Assembly: GCF_029266855.1 (NCBI RefSeq) | Contig: NZ_JAQSWB010000002.1 | Span: forward strand, 544,106-608,105 | Length of the DNA stretch: 64,000 nucleotides | Direction: 5' to 3' | Source: Fluviicola sp. | Lineage (GTDB): Bacteria > Bacteroidota > Bacteroidia > Flavobacteriales_D > Crocinitomicaceae | In this document: piece by piece, positions 1 to 9,129 of the stretch | Numbering within the stretch: position 1 is the first letter of the stretch | Layout: each line of letters starts with the position of its first letter | Translations under genes and position numbers: made by a program | The notes under the pieces: generated by a model | Database searches by the model: none | The model's input: only the letters and a program-made list of their open reading frames with translations | What the model was told of the DNA's origin: nothing

Positions 1-295
1 ACGTTTGTCATATTTCTTTCTTTAAGATCCTGGTTCTTCTTCAGGATTTTTGGTTCCTGCAAAGTTAATTGGTTTTTTTAGTTCTGAAAATACCGAACCA
101 AAAAAACTTAAGATTTAACATTTGTTTGCGGTTCAAAAGTAACAGTGGGATTTCTTAATGGAAACAGATAATCGGCGAGTGGTAGAAGAGATAAGGTGAG
201 CAGCTGGATTTTTGTCCTAAACGAGAATAATTAGTCGGGTAAAGATGAAGTCAAGAAATTTCGAAAAACACCGTGTTACGGGGAGGTGAGATTTG

Positions 296-351
296 TGTAA
301 CAATCGGATTTTATTCTGTAAGGTTTCGTAGATAGTTAAGGGTCACCTTTG
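296..351 (+). promoter_or_regulatory. Putative activator-dependent promoter P1 (TGTAA-N16-TGTAA-N22-CACCTTTG) upstream of the CsbD-like gene
   Basis: TGTAA at 296 and 317, CACCTTTG at 344; same spacing as the sites at 818 and 1825. CACCTTTG is a one-mismatch variant of the Bacteroidota -7 box TAnnTTTG. Confidence 0.65.
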
Positions 352-388
352 GCAACAACAAAGAGTATTCATTCTTAAAATAAAAGTC

Positions 389-622
389 ATGTCAGCAGAA
401 AAAAACACAAATTCTCAAACGGATAACAAAACAGAGTCATTTAAAATTTCAGGTGATTGGACAAAACAATCTGTTCAATTAAAAGAGAAATTCAGTCAAT
501 TAACAGATTCGGATTTGAAATTTGAACCAGGTAAGGAAAATGAATTACTTCAACGCGTTGAAACAAAATTGAATAAAAAGCGTGATGAGGTGATTAACAT
601 CATTAACAAATGTCAGGTATAA
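389..622 (+). CDS. CsbD/YjbJ-like general stress protein
   Basis: 77 aa; G-D-W...QLKEKFSQLTDSDL...GKENELLQRVETKLNK pattern matches the CsbD-like family. Confidence 0.75.
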   Translation: MSAEKNTNSQTDNKTESFKISGDWTKQSVQLKEKFSQLTDSDLKFEPGKENELLQRVETKLNKKRDEVINIINKCQV

Positions 623-817
623 ATATTGGTTTAGTTAGAGCGCAAACAGATTACTATCAATTCGACTAATAGTTATCTGAGTTCTTTCTAGGGAAACGCA
701 ATCGAGTGAAGAGGATTGCGTTTTTTTTATTATAGTTTTTTCTGAAGTCCAAACTAAAGGTCTTCGTGAAAAGATTCAAAAAGTTGAAGGTTTTACTTAT
801 TGAAATTGTGAGATATA

Positions 818-873
818 TGTAATAATCGAAATTACTTGTGTAACGCTCCCTGTTCATCAACAGACCACCTTTA
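818..873 (+). promoter_or_regulatory. Putative activator-dependent promoter P2 (TGTAA-N16-TGTAA-N22-CACCTTTA) upstream of the lipoprotein gene
   Basis: TGTAA at 818 and 839, CACCTTTA at 866. Confidence 0.6.
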
Positions 874-911
874 CATGAGTGAAAACACATTCACATTTTA
901 ATCTTATAACC

Positions 912-1352
912 ATGAAAAAACACAAATTGTCTTATCTGATTTTACCTCTTTTGATCCTCATTCTTGCGGGTTGTTCTGCAACCAAAGCAGACGATGTGGA
1001 TAAAGCAGCTGAAGAGGTAGAAGATGCAAAATTGAATCTGGATGAGGCAAACAGGCAATACGCTAAAGAAGTGGCTAGTTACCGGACGTCAATGGAAACG
1101 GACTTGAGAAATAATAAGTTGAGGATCGCAGAATTAAAAGAAGAAAGAACGGATGCAAAAGCTGACGCACTCGCTGACAGAAATGCGAAAATTGAAGCAA
1201 TCCAGAAACGCAACGACGAATTGGATTCCCGCATGAGACAGTATAGAAGTGATAACCGGGAGAATTGGAAAGAGTTTAAAAGCGAATTCAATCACGATAT
1301 GGATGAATTAGGAAAAGCTTTCAAAGATCTTGGACAAAACAATGTAAAATAA
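912..1352 (+). CDS. Coiled-coil lipoprotein, uncharacterised (stress-associated)
   Basis: ATG at 912 gives MKKHKLSYLILPLLILILAG-C (lipobox LAGC), followed by a charged helical region. The ORF track starts upstream at 879. Confidence 0.75.
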   Translation: MKKHKLSYLILPLLILILAGCSATKADDVDKAAEEVEDAKLNLDEANRQYAKEVASYRTSMETDLRNNKLRIAELKEERTDAKADALADRNAKIEAIQKRNDELDSRMRQYRSDNRENWKEFKSEFNHDMDELGKAFKDLGQNNVK

Positions 1353-1439
1353 TACAAATAAACAATTTGACAGGATGAAGGTTCTTTATTGCTCAAATCA
1401 ATAAGTAGAGTAGTTATTCTGAGAATTGGTTAGTGGAAG

Positions 1440-1465
1440 GAGTCCGCATCGTCGGACTCTTTTTT
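1440..1465 (+). terminator. Intrinsic terminator
   Basis: GAGTCCG-catcgt-CGGACTC followed by a T-run. Confidence 0.6.
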
Positions 1466-1478
1466 AATAACTGAAAAC

Positions 1479-1793
1479 ATGGAAAATCACATCAAAAAAT
1501 TGCCATTGTACGCCTTTTATGCGTTTTTTCTTCGGGTACAGTCTTTGCTAAGCAATAAAGACAGAAATCACCGGATCCATCAGCTAGAAACAATGAAAAT
1601 GAAGGATCGAATATCCAAAATCGGAACCAGACACCCCGAACTTTCAAAGTATTTGAATGATATGCCAGAGTTTTCTCACAATTTAAATGATCCGAAAATC
1701 AGGCTTAGAGATCTTAGAGGATATAAGAACCATTTACTGGAACTTCTTGAAAAATATGAACTTGAATCTCATAAGGATTCCTGGTTCATATAA
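1479..1793 (+). CDS. Hypothetical small protein
   Basis: 104-aa ORF with a HPELSKYLNDMP segment resembling small Bacteroidota hypothetical proteins; start uncertain. Confidence 0.55.
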   Translation: MENHIKKLPLYAFYAFFLRVQSLLSNKDRNHRIHQLETMKMKDRISKIGTRHPELSKYLNDMPEFSHNLNDPKIRLRDLRGYKNHLLELLEKYELESHKDSWFI

Positions 1794-1824
1794 TTACTAA
1801 AAAATGATAAAAACCAGTGATTGA

Positions 1825-1880
1825 TGTAATCTTTCGCTTTTAGTATGTAATGATATTGAGTGGAAATGACTGCACCTTTG
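1825..1880 (+). promoter_or_regulatory. Putative activator-dependent promoter P3 (TGTAA-N16-TGTAA-N22-CACCTTTG) upstream of the porin-family gene
   Basis: TGTAA at 1825 and 1846, CACCTTTG at 1873. Confidence 0.65.
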
Positions 1881-1915
1881 TTCAGTGGAAATACTTTCAC
1901 ATTTAATCATTTAAA

Positions 1916-2557
1916 ATGAAAAAAACAGGTTTAATATTATTGACCTTAATCGGATTTGGAGTTACAGTTATTGCACAGGAATCAGAGAAATATGACCGCC
2001 GTGATAAATTCACTGTGGGAGCAAGAGTCGGCGCGAATTTATCAAACGTTTGGGATTCCGAAGGAGAAGAGTTCGAAGCAGACGCTAAGTTGGGATTTGC
2101 GGGCGGTGTTTTCGCAAGTATTCCAATCGGGAGATATATGGGAGTTCAGCCGGAGATTATTTTTTCTCAGAAAGGATTCCAAGCTTCAGGAATACTACTT
2201 GGAACAACATATTCATATGAGAAAACTACAAATTGGATCGATATTCCTTTGCAGTTTCAAATCAAGCCAATTGCGTTCTTAACTATTTTGGCCGGCCCCC
2301 AGTTCTCTTTCCGGGTAAGTGAAAGAAACGTCTATAGATATGGAAGCAATAGTGCGGCACAGGAAGAAGAATTCGAAAATGACAATATCCGCAAGAATAT
2401 CTTAGGGATTTCAACCGGATTTGATATTAACATTTATCATGTGGTTGTTTCGGGGAGAGCTTGTTGGGACCTTCAAAATAATAAAGGTGACGGAACTTCA
2501 AGCACACCGCGTTACAGAAATCAGTTTGTACAATTGACGGTTGGCTTTAAGATCTAA
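1916..2557 (+). CDS. Porin family / outer-membrane beta-barrel protein (PorT-like, OMP_b-brl_2)
   Basis: Signal peptide, G-A-R-V-G-A-N-L-S, VQPEIIFSQKG, alternating beta strands, C-terminal TVGFKI. Confidence 0.8.
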   Translation: MKKTGLILLTLIGFGVTVIAQESEKYDRRDKFTVGARVGANLSNVWDSEGEEFEADAKLGFAGGVFASIPIGRYMGVQPEIIFSQKGFQASGILLGTTYSYEKTTNWIDIPLQFQIKPIAFLTILAGPQFSFRVSERNVYRYGSNSAAQEEEFENDNIRKNILGISTGFDINIYHVVVSGRACWDLQNNKGDGTSSTPRYRNQFVQLTVGFKI

Positions 2558-2647
2558 TATTCACAGTAGAAAAAATGATGAGTTATGGATCAGGGTTTAA
2601 AATTGGCAGGGCGTATTTTTAAGTTTATCATCAAAAAATCAATAAAT

Positions 2648-2995
2648 ATGAAAACAGGAGAAGACAAAATGAAGAATGACGGAAAATCCGGAAATACTTC
2701 AAGAATCGTAGGTTCTTTGGTTGCAGGCGCAGCAGTAGGTTTGGCAGCTGGAATTTTACTGGCACCCGAAAAGGGTAAAAAAACACGGGCTAAATTAATG
2801 GACGATGCGAAAGACCTGACAAATAAACTAAAGGATAAAGCAAACGATTTCAAAGACAAAGCAAGTAATTTCAAAGATCAGGCAAGTGATCATATTGAAG
2901 AAAAAGCAAATGAGATAAAGGATAAAGCAAACGATTTAAAGGATAAAGCAAGTGATGGAATTGATGCTGTTACTGCTAATCTTAAATCATCCTGA
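2648..2995 (+). CDS. YtxH domain-containing protein (general stress / gas-vesicle-like)
   Basis: GSLVAGAAVGLAAGILLAPEKGKKTRAKL hallmark, then KDKAND/KDKASN repeats. ATG 2648 preferred over 2585. Confidence 0.85.
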   Translation: MKTGEDKMKNDGKSGNTSRIVGSLVAGAAVGLAAGILLAPEKGKKTRAKLMDDAKDLTNKLKDKANDFKDKASNFKDQASDHIEEKANEIKDKANDLKDKASDGIDAVTANLKSS

Positions 2996-3027
2996 CCGAG
3001 GTGAACTAAATATAAATTAACGGACAT

Positions 3028-3066
3028 GGGTCATTTGGTAAGTTTTGCCGGATGACCCTTGTTTTT
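3028..3066 (+). terminator. Intrinsic terminator
   Basis: GGGTCAT...ATGACCC stem followed by TTGTTTTT. Confidence 0.5.
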
Positions 3067-3182
3067 GAATTGAAATTCACCGGAAAATAGTAATTTATTC
3101 CAAATCAATGCGGAACACTGTTAAAAGATTAGGTCCGGTGATTAATTATCGTATCTTCACAAACATTCAAAAACAACCGGTT

Positions 3183-3752
3183 TTGAAAATTTATATAAAA
3201 TACATGGTCAGCATCCGCTGCAAAAACTTGGTTGGAATTGAACTGAAAAAACTGGGAGTTGTTATGCCTAAAATAAATCAGGGCATGGTGGAGTTCCAGG
3301 AAAAGCTGTCCAAAGCACAAAAAGACCAGTTTAAGAAACGCATTCTAAACCTAGGATTTGAGGTTTTGGATGACATCAATAGTGATTTGTTGGATCGCAT
3401 TTCAGGATTAACTACTGAGCTGCTTTCCAAGAACCAGGAAATTCCCCGGCAGGACTACCCTGCATACTTGATTAAAAAATTAGAATTCGATTATTTAGAA
3501 ATTACGAATTTATTTTCCGAAGTACATGGGATCAATTTACCTCAATATATCGCAATCCAGCAGGTCGAACGTATGAAAGAAATGCTTCTGTATGAAGACC
3601 TGAAGGTAAAGGAAATAGCGGTACTGCTTCATTACAAAAACGGAGCGCAGTTAACACGAGTATTCAAAACGATTACAGGTTTGACCCCATTCTATTTCAA
3701 AAAGATGAAGGAAAAACGCCACGAGATTCGGATGGGAAATGAATCCGAGTAA
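3183..3752 (+). CDS. AraC-family transcriptional regulator with N-terminal HMA-like (YMVSxRC) domain
   Basis: C-terminal double HTH (LKVKEIAVLLHY...QLTRVFKTITGLTP). TTG at 3183 aligns with the TTG start of the paralogue at 4220; the ORF track starts at 3108. Confidence 0.85.
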   Translation: MKIYIKYMVSIRCKNLVGIELKKLGVVMPKINQGMVEFQEKLSKAQKDQFKKRILNLGFEVLDDINSDLLDRISGLTTELLSKNQEIPRQDYPAYLIKKLEFDYLEITNLFSEVHGINLPQYIAIQQVERMKEMLLYEDLKVKEIAVLLHYKNGAQLTRVFKTITGLTPFYFKKMKEKRHEIRMGNESE

Positions 3753-3793
3753 AAAACAATATAACACATACTTATACTAAAGATTAAATCCCT

Positions 3794-4153
3794 ATGAAGA
3801 GCCAAGCAGATTACAATGATTCGGAAATAGAAAAAGCTAAATCTCACATTGTCGTCGAAATTATCCAATACGTGCCCAACGCTATTCTGAGTAAAACAAT
3901 TATAAAAAAGACTACGGGAAATATTACCGTTTCGTCATTGGACGCCGGAGAAGAATTAGAAGAAAAACACTCCCCCTTCGATACGTATGTACAAATAATC
4001 GATGGAACTGCAGAACTCGTTATAGATAAGAAATTATTTACATTGAAATTAGGACAGGGTATTATTATTCCGGCGCACGCCAGACATAAATTAAATGCCC
4101 ATGAGCAATTCAAGATGATTAGTACGACGATCAAAAGCGGTTACGAAGACTAG
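3794..4153 (+). CDS. Cupin domain-containing protein
   Basis: EKHSPFDTYVQIIDGTAELVI...GQGIIIPAHARH cupin motifs. Confidence 0.85.
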   Translation: MKSQADYNDSEIEKAKSHIVVEIIQYVPNAILSKTIIKKTTGNITVSSLDAGEELEEKHSPFDTYVQIIDGTAELVIDKKLFTLKLGQGIIIPAHARHKLNAHEQFKMISTTIKSGYED

Positions 4154-4219
4154 CAAGCAGGGATCTGAAGAGTTCCCATTAAATATTTTATTGACTGTTA
4201 TAAAAAAAACCTTCAAGAT

Positions 4220-4780
4220 TTGAAATTATATATCAAATATATGGTTAGCCAGCGTTGCAAAATGGTCGTAAAAGAAGAATTGCTTAAGCTTGGTTTGCAC
4301 ACTGTTGTGGTTGATTTGGGAGTGGTGCAGATCACTGAAGAGATTTCCGATGAAGATCGGGAGAACCTGAAGGTGAACTTGCTTGGCTATGGCCTGGAAC
4401 TCCTGGAAGACAAAAAAAGCATTTTGATCGAGCAAATTAAAGGAGTGATTGTCGAAATGATCCATTATTCGGACGAAATGCCCAAAGTCAATTACTCGGA
4501 CTACATCAGTGAAAAGCTTAACTATGATTATACTTACCTTTCCAATGTGTTTTCCGAAGTGAAAGGGATTACGATCCAGCAATTTATCATCATAAACAAG
4601 ATAGAACGTGTCAAGGAGCTTTTATTATATGATGAACTGAATTTGACTGAAATATCCTATATGCTCAATTACAGCAGTGTAGCCCATTTGTCAAACCAAT
4701 TCAAGAAAGTGACCGGGCTGTCCCCTTCGTTCTATAAACAAATGAAACAGAAAAGAAATAATAACCTGGAGAATCTCTGA
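4220..4780 (+). CDS. AraC-family transcriptional regulator with N-terminal HMA-like (YMVSQRC) domain
   Basis: LNLTEISYMLNYSSVAHLSNQFKKVTGLSPS AraC signature; TTG start. Confidence 0.9.
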   Translation: MKLYIKYMVSQRCKMVVKEELLKLGLHTVVVDLGVVQITEEISDEDRENLKVNLLGYGLELLEDKKSILIEQIKGVIVEMIHYSDEMPKVNYSDYISEKLNYDYTYLSNVFSEVKGITIQQFIIINKIERVKELLLYDELNLTEISYMLNYSSVAHLSNQFKKVTGLSPSFYKQMKQKRNNNLENL

Positions 4781-4858
4781 TACTTGTTGGATTTTGAATT
4801 TCACTGTGTTATTTAGTTACGTATATTCGTGTCGAATGCTTGGATTTAGGCGAATAAG

Positions 4859-5368
4859 ATGAAAACTGCAAGATATACAGCAACTTTAATAGGATTGATA
4901 ACGACGGTAATATGCGGACTAGTCTCATTTACAGTTTTATTACCGTTTTTAACTCTATTACCAACAGCGGTACCATTGGAATTTATCTCAGGATTGATTT
5001 TTGGAGAAAGTAATTACCCAAATAAATTTAAATTAATTCTATCATTGGAATTAACTCTCCTTTTAGTTTTATGTGCTTGGTATTTCAAAAAGCTGATTAA
5101 ACAGAGGCAGGAGAAAAAGAAGCTTGAAACTAAATCATTGATTATATTTTTCATTATCCTTCAGTTTGTAGTGCACCCGATCGGATTCTATATTTGGTTG
5201 CTCAATACTCCAGAAATGGACCCCTCGGATTCAATGATAGGATTTTATATTAGTGAAACTTTCCCATACAGCGGATGCTTTTTTATTTTCTTGGGTATTG
5301 TAATCGATTTGATAAGAAACCGGGAAATAAAAGAAACCGGCTCCGCTAATGCAGGCCGGCTTTCTTAA
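4859..5368 (+). CDS. Hypothetical membrane protein (about 4 TM)
   Basis: 169 aa with hydrophobic segments; TATATTCG -7-like box upstream. Confidence 0.6.
   Translation: MKTARYTATLIGLITTVICGLVSFTVLLPFLTLLPTAVPLEFISGLIFGESNYPNKFKLILSLELTLLLVLCAWYFKKLIKQRQEKKKLETKSLIIFFIILQFVVHPIGFYIWLLNTPEMDPSDSMIGFYISETFPYSGCFFIFLGIVIDLIRNREIKETGSANAGRLS
5331..5366 (-). terminator. Intrinsic terminator of T9SS cargo copy 1
   Basis: AAGAAAgCCGGC...GCCGGTTTCTT stem on the minus strand, followed by a T-rich tract. Confidence 0.5.
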
Positions 5369-5380
5369 GTTTAGCTTTAG

Positions 5381-8215
5381 TTATTCGTAAATAACTTTAA
5401 CCGATTTGAAATCCTTGTCGCTCTTAAATTCGATCAGGTAAATACCTTTCTGGTATCCTGTCAGATCGATTTCTTTCTCGCGGACTTTTGCTTTGGGTAA
5501 AGACAGTACCTTTTGTCCCATAAGCGAATAAACATCAATGGTATATTCCTCATCTACGTTAATTGAAACCTTGAATTTTCCGTTATTCGGATTGGGGTAA
5601 ACGGTAATCTCCGAAGCATTTTCCAGTCCCCACGGCTTAATTTCCTCAGTAGATTCTTCTTGTTTTCCATTTTGCATCTTCAAACCCGGGCTATTTCCGG
5701 GATAACTGCAAGGGTGAATAAACGCCTCGAAGTAATTGGAAGAGTTGGTTGTGGATGCAAAACCAGGATTAAGATCAATGTATGTTCCTGCACGATACGT
5801 AATCTTGGAAGTGGGACCAACTTTGGATGTGGAAATAATTTGATTGATCACCTCGTAAAATGCATTGGTGTTTTGAGCAGCTGTAAATTCAAACGCCGTA
5901 TTTCCCGGACAAAACAGATCGTGCTCCCAGATTCCGCGCCCGATGGTGGAAACACGCAATTTATTTATTTTGTAGTTGATTTCTAACCCCGAGACAGGAA
6001 TGTTTGGCAGGTTGACACCCAACTTTGTCCAATAACAGTTTGCAGGATTTGTTAAACTAATGGTAGACTTGTCTGCATAGTAGATTCCTGCATCGGTTGC
6101 TACGTAAACTCCGCCATTACTTCCTTTTTCAAACACAACCTGCAAAACACGAATGTTTGGTAATCCCCCTGAACCGGGAATCCCCGCAATATTATTAAAT
6201 ACAGGAGAATTTGGATTCGTGTAATCGGCTCTGATCACTTCAAGAGGTGGCCACACTCCTCCGCGAGTCAAACACACAATGTTCGGATTGTTATTATCTA
6301 TAGCTTGGAGACTGGAGTTGTTATAATCATCCAACTCCTTCCAACTGTTCTTAACGTTCGTGGCAGAAGGGTCAAGCATGTTCGTACTCCGGTATAGTTT
6401 GCCATCATAGGTCATATTGTTCCCCTGAGATACATAGCAATAACTTGCATTGCTTGGTGCTGGTAGAATTCCCCAGATGAAATACTGGTTCGAAATAACG
6501 GGTGATGGAAACGTTTTGAAATCTGAAATTTGCTCGATCAAACTCGAAGAATATCCCCTGTTGTCAGAGCGATACAAATCCTCATATAATAAACCTGATA
6601 CATTTGTTGCAGCTTTACAGTAAAGGATATTCGGATAGGCCTTATTCTGAGCGTAAGTTACACCAAAGTCGTTGCTGGGAGGAAATGCAGTATACGTATA
6701 CGAACCTGCTAGGCCTCCCGTTGAAGAAACAGCGGGTACACTTTGTTGATGTGCTGCCCACACGTAATTGGAGTTGGAATAATCGATTAATGGTTTCATA
6801 CCATCACCGCCAAAAACTGTTTCCCAGGCCGGGATCCAACTTCCGGAATAAACTCCACTACTTAAAACCGATCCGTCATGATCTAGTCCCATGATAATTT
6901 TTTCCGGATTCAAAGCGTCATTAGAAGATCCGGTGACTTTTGCAACACCTAAACCATTGCTTCGGGTAGACAAAGTCGCCACCTGATCAGATGAATAATT
7001 GACACCTCCATGAGTTGTTACATATACTTCATTGCTACAAGTGCCACAAGTGGAACGCGGGGTGATGAAGTATTCCACATCTACATGGTAGGGAGTAGGA
7101 CTGCCGGTTGAAACCCAGGTCCAACTTACACCACCGTTAGTAGATTTGTAAAAATAAATCCCTTGGGCTGCATACATAACGCTGGCATTGAAATTTGAAA
7201 CCGCAAATGCATATCCTTCACCGACATGATTAGCAAACGATGATAACAAGGTAGGAACCCCAAAGCTTGTAAGATCATATTGATATAAAGCAGCAGATGA
7301 GTTGCGCTGGATGACATATAAACTATTCGGTGCATTATCTGAAACAGCCAAACTTACAAGAGTAACCGCTGTGTAAGCGGGTTGATTCGGAACACTCGTC
7401 CAGGAACTCCCGAGGTTAGTCGTATAAGCAATATTCCAGGTTGATCCATTTTTATAACTAACATACAAATGAGAGCCTCCGTCTGTGCGGAATTCCATAT
7501 CGTAAATGGATCCGTTCAATACTTTTGACCAGGTTACCATACTCATACTGTTGATGTTGGTACTTACATAAAGACCAATGGATGTCGCAAGATAACCTAC
7601 ATTCGGTGCATTCGGATCGATCAGGATTTTTTGCAGGACTGCAGGTTCGCCGTTGGCTGGATTAACAGGATCCAAATCCACGTAATCTGCAATAATGTGC
7701 CAGGTAGCTCCCGCGTCGATTGTCCTGTAAAGCCCGCAATTTTTACCAATTGCATTATCAGAGTCGTACAAAGATCCTCCGGGAGCAGAACAAGCATACC
7801 AGGTAGTTTCATTATCCGGGGCAAATTCGGCCCATTTACAACCCGACCGCGGCCATAAGTCTGATCCTGCATTCGACCAGTTTTGTCCTTTGTTGGAAGA
7901 GTAAAATAAACCACTGACTGAAGACCAGCACATGAGTTTGTTGCTATTCGATTTGTGGATAACGATTCCACGAATAACACCAACACCCAAATCTCCACCA
8001 CCAATGGAAGTTAACCCTGAATTTGGTTTGTTGTAGGGCCCCAATTCCATCCAGGAATCCATATTCCCCAATGATTTCGATGTGGGAGTTCCTTTTTTTG
8101 AGGCAACTGCTAAACTGTTATTGTACTCACGGGTTGTCCCGTTCGGAGCAATACGTGGTTCCCAATATTTGAGCCATTTCCGGTATTGGGTGTATTCACT
8201 TCCTTCCGCATTCAT
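5381..8215 (-). CDS. T9SS type A sorting domain protein with BNR/Asp-box (VPS10/sortilin-like) beta-propeller, copy 1; 5'-truncated (no signal peptide)
   Basis: Asp-boxes YSSNKGQNW, YRTIDAGATW, YKSTNGGVSW; AGTYIDLNPGF; C-terminal VYPNP...GIYLIEF CTD. The frame stays open upstream through [11 protein letters not shown] (CTG at 8323) to an in-frame TGA at 8339-8341, with no ATG/GTG/TTG start or h-region. Confidence 0.85.
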   Translation of the reverse strand: MNAEGSEYTQYRKWLKYWEPRIAPNGTTREYNNSLAVASKKGTPTSKSLGNMDSWMELGPYNKPNSGLTSIGGGDLGVGVIRGIVIHKSNSNKLMCWSSVSGLFYSSNKGQNWSNAGSDLWPRSGCKWAEFAPDNETTWYACSAPGGSLYDSDNAIGKNCGLYRTIDAGATWHIIADYVDLDPVNPANGEPAVLQKILIDPNAPNVGYLATSIGLYVSTNINSMSMVTWSKVLNGSIYDMEFRTDGGSHLYVSYKNGSTWNIAYTTNLGSSWTSVPNQPAYTAVTLVSLAVSDNAPNSLYVIQRNSSAALYQYDLTSFGVPTLLSSFANHVGEGYAFAVSNFNASVMYAAQGIYFYKSTNGGVSWTWVSTGSPTPYHVDVEYFITPRSTCGTCSNEVYVTTHGGVNYSSDQVATLSTRSNGLGVAKVTGSSNDALNPEKIIMGLDHDGSVLSSGVYSGSWIPAWETVFGGDGMKPLIDYSNSNYVWAAHQQSVPAVSSTGGLAGSYTYTAFPPSNDFGVTYAQNKAYPNILYCKAATNVSGLLYEDLYRSDNRGYSSSLIEQISDFKTFPSPVISNQYFIWGILPAPSNASYCYVSQGNNMTYDGKLYRSTNMLDPSATNVKNSWKELDDYNNSSLQAIDNNNPNIVCLTRGGVWPPLEVIRADYTNPNSPVFNNIAGIPGSGGLPNIRVLQVVFEKGSNGGVYVATDAGIYYADKSTISLTNPANCYWTKLGVNLPNIPVSGLEINYKINKLRVSTIGRGIWEHDLFCPGNTAFEFTAAQNTNAFYEVINQIISTSKVGPTSKITYRAGTYIDLNPGFASTTNSSNYFEAFIHPCSYPGNSPGLKMQNGKQEESTEEIKPWGLENASEITVYPNPNNGKFKVSINVDEEYTIDVYSLMGQKVLSLPKAKVREKEIDLTGYQKGIYLIEFKSDKDFKSVKVIYE

Positions 8216-8225
8216 GGCTTCATCG

Positions 8226-8325
8226 CCTATTTGTTGACGTAGTATTTCAAAATACGCGTCCTTCTGTTCTTTCAGTTCGCTAAATGGAATGTCACATTCA
8301 GGAATTCCCTGTTGTGCATACAGTC
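8226..8325. repeat. 100-bp perfect direct repeat, copy 1 (partner 12292-12391)
   Basis: Base-by-base identity checked by eye; flanks diverge on both sides. Confidence 0.9.
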
Positions 8326-9129
8326 TTTCTTGTTTTGTTCAATGATGTACAATGACATTTCCTCCACTTTTTCCAGTAGTTTTGCGGTCATTTGACCTAC
8401 GTCCATGCCTTCTTTTACAACTTCTTCAGCAGAAGGGATATTCGGCAGGTGTTTGTTTTCTGTAACATACTTTTCTAATTCCGGTAAGGACATCAGCTTA
8501 TACTCAGGAGCAAATACATAATCAGCCCATTGTGCGGAACAATTAATTGCGACACGTACTTTTTCTGTCAAAATCCCTGTTTGTACAAACAACTTGTAGT
8601 TTCCATTCGGAATGCAAACAGTAGAAGGATCACCGATCAGCATATTTCCGTTTACGGTAAGTTGTGCTGTCGGGTTGTCAGTATTGATACCCACCCTTCC
8701 ATTATTTGAGAGGAACAGAAAGTAGTTTCCGAAACCTCCGGATGCCATGGATGGCTTCCAAAAGTTTAAACCTTCTCTACCAGGAATAGATGTAGTGTAT
8801 TCGATTCCCCATTCTCCATGCGGCGCAACGGAAGGAGTACCTCCAAGAAGCATCATTGGTCCTCCTGCTGAATTTGTTCCCGTTATACGGAGAATCCCAT
8901 CATGTACATGGAGCTTGTCCGCTGGGGTTGTGGTACCTATTCCCAGGAAACCTGTTGTTTTCAAACGCATGTACTCGCTTCCTGCTGCCTTAAAAAGGAC
9001 ATCAAAAGCGCTCGTTGAACCTAAAAATTCATTGGTTGTTGTAATTGCATTTGTTGCAACGGTGGCTTGTGCGAACGCTTCCTGCGAACACACAATGAAT
9101 GATAGAACAAAAAAAAGATTTTTTTTCAT
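8272..9129 (-). CDS. Secreted GIGT-repeat tail-fibre-like protein with WADYVF...coiled-coil C-terminus, copy 1; C-terminus truncated and read out of frame
   Basis: Signal peptide MKKNLFF...AFAQ; [15 protein letters not shown] repeats; WADYVF...[11 protein letters not shown]...[18 protein letters not shown]. The last 17 residues are out-of-frame sequence of the downstream gene. Confidence 0.75.
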   Translation of the reverse strand: MKKNLFFVLSFIVCSQEAFAQATVATNAITTTNEFLGSTSAFDVLFKAAGSEYMRLKTTGFLGIGTTTPADKLHVHDGILRITGTNSAGGPMMLLGGTPSVAPHGEWGIEYTTSIPGREGLNFWKPSMASGGFGNYFLFLSNNGRVGINTDNPTAQLTVNGNMLIGDPSTVCIPNGNYKLFVQTGILTEKVRVAINCSAQWADYVFAPEYKLMSLPELEKYVTENKHLPNIPSAEEVVKEGMDVGQMTAKLLEKVEEMSLYIIEQNKKDCMHNREFLNVTFHLAN

